A DNA stretch of 64,000 nucleotides from Auanema rhodensis. Lineage: Eukaryota > Animalia > Nematoda. Shown here one piece after another: positions 58,121-64,000 of this stretch. The position numbers and the translations under genes are program-made. A model generated the notes under the pieces. The model worked only from the letters and a program-made list of their open reading frames with translations. It was not told the origin of the DNA and made no database searches. Each line of letters opens with the position of its first letter. The first letter of the stretch is position 1. Where the stretch lies: assembly GCA_964057225.1 (NCBI GenBank), contig OZ059894.1, positions 8,494,001-8,558,000 on the forward strand. Direction: 5' to 3'.

Positions 58121-58293
58121 ATGAAGTTTGAAAGTTATTTTCAAAAAATAGGAGAGTTTTTGTTGAATTGTTAATTTATAATTTATTCTTGAACTTGTTT
58201 AGTCATTTTTTTACAAAAAAGGACAAAGCGTGATGATTAGATAATGAATCAGAATCATTAATACTTCGATTTGAGTTATCAAATCAAAAAATT

Positions 58294-58365
58294 GGGCCGA
58301 ACCGGGAATTGAACCCGGGACCTCTCGCACCCGAAGCGAGAATCATACCCCTAGACCATTCGGCC
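58294..58365 (-). tRNA. tRNA-Pro(CGG) copy 4
   Basis: Array consensus, intact A/B boxes. Confidence 0.95.
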
Positions 58366-58537
58366 ATGAAGTTTGAAAGTTATTTTCAAAAAATAGTAGA
58401 GTTTTTGTTAAATTGTTAATTTACAGTATATTCTTTAACTTGTTTAGTCATTTTTTTACAAAAAAGGACAAAGCGTGATGATTAGATAATGAATCAGAAT
58501 CATTAATACTTCGATTTGAGTTAACACATCAAAAATT

Positions 58538-58609
58538 GGGCCGAACCGGGAATTGAACCCGGGACCTCTCGCACCCGAAGCGAGATTCATACCCCTAGAC
58601 CATTCGGCC
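58538..58609 (-). tRNA. tRNA-Pro(CGG) copy 5 (U25A, D-stem)
   Basis: One substitution from the array consensus. Confidence 0.85.
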
Positions 58610-58782
58610 ATGAAGTTTGAAAGTTATTTTCAAAAAATAGTAGAGTTTTTGTTAAATTGTTAATTTATAATATATTCTTTAACTTGTTTAGTCATTTTTT
58701 TACAAAAAAGGACAAAGCGTGATGATTAGATAATGAATCAGAATCATTAATACTTCGATTTGAGTTATCAAATCAAAAAATT

Positions 58783-58854
58783 GGGCCGAACCGGGAATTG
58801 AACCCGGGACCTCTCGCACCCGAAGCGAGAATCATACCCCTAGACCATTCGGCC
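58783..58854 (-). tRNA. tRNA-Pro(CGG) copy 6
   Basis: Array consensus. Confidence 0.95.
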
Positions 58855-59028
58855 ATGAAGTTTGAAAGTTATTTTCAAAAAATAGGAGAGTTTTTGTTAA
58901 ATTGTTAATTTATAATATATTCTTTAACTTGTTTAGTCATTTTTTTTACAAAAAAGGACAAAGCGTGATGATTAGATTATGAATCAGAATCATTAATACT
59001 TCGAATTGAGTTAACAAATCAAAAAATT

Positions 59029-59100
59029 GGGCCGAACCGGGAATTGAACCCGGGACCTCTCGCACCCGAAGCGAGAATCATACCCCTAGACCATTCGGCC
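59029..59100 (-). tRNA. tRNA-Pro(CGG) copy 7
   Basis: Array consensus. Confidence 0.95.
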
Positions 59101-59273
59101 ATGAAGTTTGAAAGTTATTTTCAAAAAATAGTAGAGTTTTTGTTAAATTGTTAATTTATAGTATATTCTTTAACTTGTTTAGTCATTTTTTTACAAAAAA
59201 GGACAAAGCGTGATGATTAGATTATGAATCAGAATCATTAATACTTCGAATTGAGTTAACAAATCAAAAAATT

Positions 59274-59345
59274 GGGCCGAACCGGGAATTGAACCCGGGA
59301 CCTCTCGCACCCGAAGCGAGAATCATACCCCTAGACCATTCGGCC
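59274..59345 (-). tRNA. tRNA-Pro(CGG) copy 8
   Basis: Array consensus. Confidence 0.95.
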
Positions 59346-59518
59346 ATGAAGTTTGAAAGTTATTTTCAAAAAATAGTAGAGTTTTTGTTAAATTGTTAAT
59401 TTATAGTATATTCTTTAACTTGTTTAGTCATTTTTTTACAAAAAAGGACAAAGCGTGATGATTAGATTATGAATCAGAATCATTAATACTTCGAATTGAG
59501 TTAACAAATCAAAAAATT

Positions 59519-59590
59519 GGGCCGAACCGGGAATTGAACCCGGGACCTCTCGCACCCGAAGCGAGAATCATACCCCTAGACCATTCGGCC
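59519..59590 (-). tRNA. tRNA-Pro(CGG) copy 9
   Basis: Array consensus. Confidence 0.95.
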
Positions 59591-59763
59591 ATGAAGTTTG
59601 AAAGTTATTTTCAAAAAATAGTAGAGTTTTTGTTAAATTGTTAATTTATAGTATATTCTTTAACTTGTTTAGTCATTTTTTTATAAAAAAGGACAAAGCT
59701 TGATGATTAGATTATGAATCAGAATCATTAATACTTCGATTTGAGTTAACAAATCAAAAAATT

Positions 59764-59835
59764 GGGCCGAACCGGGAATTGAACCCGGGACCTCTCGCAC
59801 CCGAAGCGAGAATCATACCCCTAGACCATTCGGCC
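59764..59835 (-). tRNA. tRNA-Pro(CGG) copy 10
   Basis: Array consensus. Confidence 0.95.
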
Positions 59836-60008
59836 ATGAAGTTTGAAAGTTATTTTCAAAAAATAGGAGAGTTTTTGTTAAATTATGAGAATATAATATA
59901 TTCTTTAACTTGTTTAGTCATTTTTTTATAAAAAAGGACAAAGCTTGATGATTAGATTATGAATCAGAATCATTAATACTTCGATTTGAGTTAACAAATC
60001 AAAAAATT

Positions 60009-60080
60009 GGGCCGAACCGGGAATTGAACCCGGGACCTCTCGCACCCGAAGCGAGAATCATACCCCTAGACCATTCGGCC
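60009..60080 (-). tRNA. tRNA-Pro(CGG) copy 11
   Basis: Array consensus. Confidence 0.95.
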
Positions 60081-60253
60081 ATGAAGTTTGAAAGTTATTT
60101 TCAAAAAATAGGAGAGTTTTTGTTAAATTATGAGAATATAATATATTCTTTAACTTGTTTAGTCATTTTTTTACAAGACAGGACAAAGCGTGATGATTTG
60201 ATAATGAATCAGAATCATTAATACTTCGATTTCAGTTAACAAATCAAAAAATT

Positions 60254-60325
60254 GGGCCGAACCGGGAATTGAACCCGGGACCTCTCGCACCCGAAGCGAG
60301 AATCATACCCCTAGACCATTTGGCC
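60254..60325 (-). tRNA. tRNA-Pro(CGG) copy 12 (G5A, acceptor-stem mismatch)
   Basis: One substitution from the array consensus. Confidence 0.85.
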
Positions 60326-60498
60326 ATGAAGTTTGAAAGTTATTTTCAAAAAATAGGAGAGTTTTTGTTAAATTATGAGAATATAATATATTCTTCAACT
60401 TGTTTAGTCATTTTTAAACATGATAAGACAAAGCTTGATGATTAGATTATGAATCAGAATCATTAATACTTCGATTTGAGTTAACAAATCAAAAAATT

Positions 60499-60570
60499 GG
60501 GCCGAACCGGGAATTGAACCCGGGACCTCTCGCACCCGAAGCGAGAATCATACCCCTAGACCATTCGGCC
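60499..60570 (-). tRNA. tRNA-Pro(CGG) copy 13
   Basis: Array consensus. Confidence 0.95.
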
Positions 60571-60743
60571 ATGAAGTTTGAAAGTTATTTTCAAAAAATA
60601 GGAGAGTTTTTGTTAAATTGTTAATTTATAATATATTCTTTAACTTGTTTAGTCATTTTTTTACAAGACAGGACAAAGCGTGATGATTTGATAATGAATC
60701 AGAATCATTAATACTTCGATTTTAGTTAACAAATCAAAAAATA

Positions 60744-60815
60744 GGGCCGAACCGGAAATTGAACCCGGGACATCTTGCACCCGAAGCGAGAATCATACCC
60801 CTAGACCATTCGGCC
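60744..60815 (-). tRNA. tRNA-Pro(CGG) copy 14, variant B (G41A, G45U, C61U); possible pseudogene
   Basis: Anticodon-stem C29:A41 mismatch and loss of invariant C61 in the B box. Confidence 0.7.
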
Positions 60816-60988
60816 ATGAAGTTTGAAAGTTATTTTCAAAAAATAGGAGAGTTTTTGTTAAATTGTTAATTTATAATATATTCTTTAACTTGTTTAGTCA
60901 TTTTTTTATAAAAAAGGACAAAGCGTGATGATTTGATAATGAATCAGAATCATTAATACTTCGATTTCAGTTAACAAATCAAAAAATA

Positions 60989-61060
60989 GGGCCGAACCGG
61001 AAATTGAACCCGGGACATCTTGCACCCGAAGCGAGAATCATACCCCTAGACCATTCGGCC
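60989..61060 (-). tRNA. tRNA-Pro(CGG) copy 15, variant B; possible pseudogene
   Basis: Same three substitutions as copy 14. Confidence 0.7.
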
Positions 61061-61233
61061 ATGAAGTTTGAAAGTTATTTTCAAAAAATAGGAGAGTTTT
61101 TGTTAAATTATGAGAATATAATATATTCTTTAACTTGTTTAGTCATTTTTAAACATGATAAGACAAAGCTTGATGATTAGATTATGAATCAGAATTATTA
61201 ATACTTCGAATTGAGTTAACAAATCAAAAAATT

Positions 61234-61305
61234 GGGCCGAACCGGGAATTGAACCTGGGAGCTCTCGCACCCGAAGCGAGAATCATACCCCTAGACCATT
61301 CGGCC
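61234..61305 (-). tRNA. tRNA-Pro(CGG) copy 16 (G46C, G51A)
   Basis: Two substitutions, including a T-stem A51:C63 mismatch. Confidence 0.75.
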
Positions 61306-61478
61306 ATAAAGTTTAGAAGTAATTTTCAAAAAATAGGAGAGTTTTTGTTAAATTGTTAATTTATAATATATTCTTTAACTTGTTTAGTCATTTTTAAACA
61401 TGATAAGACAAAGCTTGATGATTAGATTATGAATCAGAATCATTAATACTTCGATTTGAGTTAACAAATCAAAAAATT

Positions 61479-61550
61479 GGGCCGAACCGGGAATTGAACC
61501 CGGGACCTCTCGCACCCGAAGCGAGAATCATACCCCTAGACCATTCGGCC
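61479..61550 (-). tRNA. tRNA-Pro(CGG) copy 17
   Basis: Array consensus. Confidence 0.95.
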
Positions 61551-61723
61551 ATGAAGTTTGAAAGTTATTTTCAAAAAATAGGAGAGTTTTTGTTAAATTG
61601 TTAATTTATAATATATTCTTTAACTTGTTTAGTCATTTTTTTATAAAAAAGGACAAAGCGTGATGATTTGATAATGAATCAGAATCATTAATACTTCGAT
61701 TTCAGTTAACAAATCAAAAAATA

Positions 61724-61795
61724 GGGCCGAACCGGAAATTGAACCCGGGACATCTTGCACCCGAAGCGAGAATCATACCCCTAGACCATTCGGCC
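61724..61795 (-). tRNA. tRNA-Pro(CGG) copy 18, variant B; possible pseudogene
   Basis: Same three substitutions as copy 14. Confidence 0.7.
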
Positions 61796-61968
61796 ATGAA
61801 GTTTGAAAGTTATTTTCAAAAAATAGGAGAGTTTTTGTTAAATTATGAGAATATAATATATTCTTTAACTTGTTTAGTCATTTTTAAACATGATAAGACA
61901 AAGCTTGATGATTAGATTATGAATCAGAATCATTAATACTTCGATTTGAGTTAACAAATCAAAAAATT

Positions 61969-62040
61969 GGGCCGAACCGGGAATTGAACCCGGGACCTCT
62001 CGCACCCGAAGCGAGAATCATACCCCTAGACCATTCGGCC
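61969..62040 (-). tRNA. tRNA-Pro(CGG) copy 19
   Basis: Array consensus. Confidence 0.95.
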
Positions 62041-62213
62041 ATAAAGTTTAGAAATAATTTTCAAAAAATAGGAGAGTTTTTGTTAAATTGTTAATTTATA
62101 ATATATTCTTTAACTTGTTTAGTCATTTTTTTATAAAAAAGGACAAAGCTTGATGATTAGATTATGAATCAGAATCATTAATACTTCGATTTGAGTTAAC
62201 AAATCAAAAAATT

Positions 62214-62285
62214 GGGCCGAACCGGGAATTGAACCCGGGACCTCTCGCACCCGAAGCGAGAATCATACCCCTAGACCATTCGGCC
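62214..62285 (-). tRNA. tRNA-Pro(CGG) copy 20
   Basis: Array consensus. Confidence 0.95.
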
Positions 62286-62458
62286 ATGAAGTTTGAAAGT
62301 TATTTTCAAAAAATAGGAGAGTTTTTGTTAAATTATGAGAATATAATATATTCTTCAACTTGTTTAGTCATTTTTAAACATGATAAGACAAAGCTTGATG
62401 ATTAGATTATGAATCAGAATTATTAATACTTCGAATTGAGTTAACAAATCAAAAAATT

Positions 62459-62530
62459 GGGCCGAACCGGGAATTGAACCCGGGACCTCTCGCACCCGAA
62501 GCGAGAATCATACCCCTAGACCATTCGGCC
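62459..62530 (-). tRNA. tRNA-Pro(CGG) copy 21
   Basis: Array consensus. Confidence 0.95.
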
Positions 62531-62703
62531 ATGAAGTTTGAAAGTTATTTTCAAAAAATAGGAGAGTTTTTGTTAAATTATGAGAATATAATATATTCTT
62601 CAACTTGTTTAGTCATTTTTAAACATGATAAGACAAAGCTTGATGATTAGATTATGAATCAGAATCATTAATACTTCGATTTGAGTTAACAAATCAAAAA
62701 ATT

Positions 62704-62775
62704 GGGCCGAACCGGGAATTGAACCCGGGACCTCTCGCACCCGAAGCGAGAATCATACCCCTAGACCATTCGGCC
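62704..62775 (-). tRNA. tRNA-Pro(CGG) copy 22
   Basis: Array consensus. Confidence 0.95.
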
Positions 62776-62948
62776 ATGAAGTTTGAAAGTTATTTTCAAA
62801 AAATAGGAGAGTTTTTGTTAAATTATGAGAATATAATATATTCTTTAACTTGTTTAGTCATTTTTTTATAAAAAAGGACAAAGCTTGATGATTAGATTAT
62901 GAATCAGAATCATTAATACTTCGATTTGAGTTAACAAATCAAAAAATT

Positions 62949-63020
62949 GGGCCGAACCGGGAATTGAACCCGGGACCTCTCGCACCCGAAGCGAGAATCA
63001 TACCCCTAGACCATTCGGCC
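62949..63020 (-). tRNA. tRNA-Pro(CGG) copy 23
   Basis: Array consensus. Confidence 0.95.
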
Positions 63021-63193
63021 ATGAAGTTTGAAAGTTATTTTCAAAAAATAGGAGAGTTTTTGTTAAATTATGAGAATATAATATATTCTTTAACTTGTTT
63101 AGTCATTTTTTTATAAAAAAGGACAAAGCTTGATGATTAGATTATGAATCAGAATCATTAATACTTCGAATTGAGTTAACAAATCAAAATATT

Positions 63194-63265
63194 GGGCCGA
63201 ACCGGGAATTGAACCCGGGACCTCTCGCACCCGAAGCGAGAATCATACCCCTAGACCATTCGGCC
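63194..63265 (-). tRNA. tRNA-Pro(CGG) copy 24 (terminator shortened to T4)
   Basis: Consensus tRNA body; flank reads AAAATATT on +. Confidence 0.93.
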
Positions 63266-63438
63266 ATAAAGTTTAGAAATAATTTTCAAAAAATAGGAGA
63301 GTTTTTGTTAAATTGTTAATTTATAATATATTCTTTAACTTGTTTAGTCATTTTTTTATAAAAAAGGACAAAGCTTGATGATTAGATTATGAATCAGAAT
63401 CATTAATACTTCGATTTGAGTTAACAAATCAAAAAATT

Positions 63439-63510
63439 GGGCCGAACCGGGAATTGAACCCGGGACCTCTCGCACCCGAAGCGAGAATCATACCCCTAGA
63501 CCATTCGGCC
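63439..63510 (-). tRNA. tRNA-Pro(CGG) copy 25
   Basis: Array consensus. Confidence 0.95.
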
Positions 63511-63683
63511 ATGAAGTTTGAAAGTTATTTTCAAAAAATAGGAGAGTTTTTGTTAAATTGTTAATTAATAATATATTCTTTAACTTGTTTAGTCATTTTT
63601 TTACAAGACAGGACAAAGCGTGATGATTTGATAATGAATCAGAATCATTAATACTTCGATTTCAGTTAACAAATCAAAAAATA

Positions 63684-63755
63684 GGGCCGAACCGGAAATT
63701 GAACCCGGGACATCTTGCACCCGAAGCGAGAATCATACCCCTAGACCATTCGGCC
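63684..63755 (-). tRNA. tRNA-Pro(CGG) copy 26, variant B; possible pseudogene
   Basis: Same three substitutions as copy 14. Confidence 0.7.
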
Positions 63756-63928
63756 ATGAAGTTCGAAAGTTATTTTCGAAAAATAGGAGAGTTTTTGTTA
63801 AATTGTTAATTTATAATATATTCTTTAACTTGTTTAGTCATTTTTTTACAAGACAGGACAAAGCGTGATGATTTGATAATGAATCAGAATCATTAATACT
63901 TCGATTTCAGTTAACAAATCAAAAAATA

Positions 63929-64000
63929 GGGCCGAACCGGAAATTGAACCCGGGACATCTTGCACACGAAGCGAGAATCATACCCCTAGACCATTCGGCC
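63929..64000 (-). tRNA. tRNA-Pro-derived copy 27, variant B with anticodon CGT (Thr); possible pseudogene
   Basis: Anticodon arm on - reads CTCGC-TT-CGT-GT-GCAAG. The change is at + position 63966. Confidence 0.65.

Larger units (their letters stand above)
57543..64000 (-). repeat. Tandem array, 244-246 bp unit, each unit carrying one tRNA-Pro gene; 27 units visible, reaching the window end and probably continuing
   Basis: Near-identical units recur every ~245 bp. Each is a 72-nt tRNA with an oligo-T Pol III terminator a few nt downstream (- strand) and an AT-rich spacer. Confidence 0.98.

Noticed and set aside
57543-64000. CRISPR-like repeat/spacer appearance, and ORFs 57438-57677 and 60024-60221
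   Set aside because: The repeats are tRNA genes, the spacers are near-identical rather than unique, there are no cas genes, and the DNA is eukaryotic. The ORFs are antisense readings of the tRNA unit.

Overview
AT-rich eukaryotic genomic DNA with nematode-type gene structure (many ~40-55 nt introns, TTTTCAG/TTTAG acceptors, nematode-type tRNA-Pro). The ORF track captures only exon fragments, so I built the gene models by hand. Left to right: (1) 5' part (motor domain) of a body-wall myosin heavy chain most like C. elegans myo-3, on - and running off the left edge; (2) GTPBP2-type translational GTPase (-), head-to-head with (3) a short Utp12-domain UTP5/WDR43-like gene lacking WD40 repeats (+); (4) a BED zinc-finger gene (+); (5) ~17 kb of microsatellite-rich non-coding DNA leading into (6) an Expanded/FRMD6-type FERM gene (+) with three PPxY motifs; (7) two SLC49-family (FLVCR/MFSD7-like) MFS paralogues flanking (8) a SPE-42/DC-STAMP sperm RING gene; (9) a 245-bp-unit tandem array of at least 27 tRNA-Pro(CGG) genes (-) running off the right edge. 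Best leads: a possible nematode Expanded-YAP/TEAD feedback module (PPxY tail plus a cluster of TEAD-type RCATTCC sites upstream), and the array of a rare-codon tRNA, which includes an amplified B-box-defective subfamily and one Pro-to-Thr anticodon-shift copy. Family assignments come from motif recognition, not database searches. Motif counts are manual.
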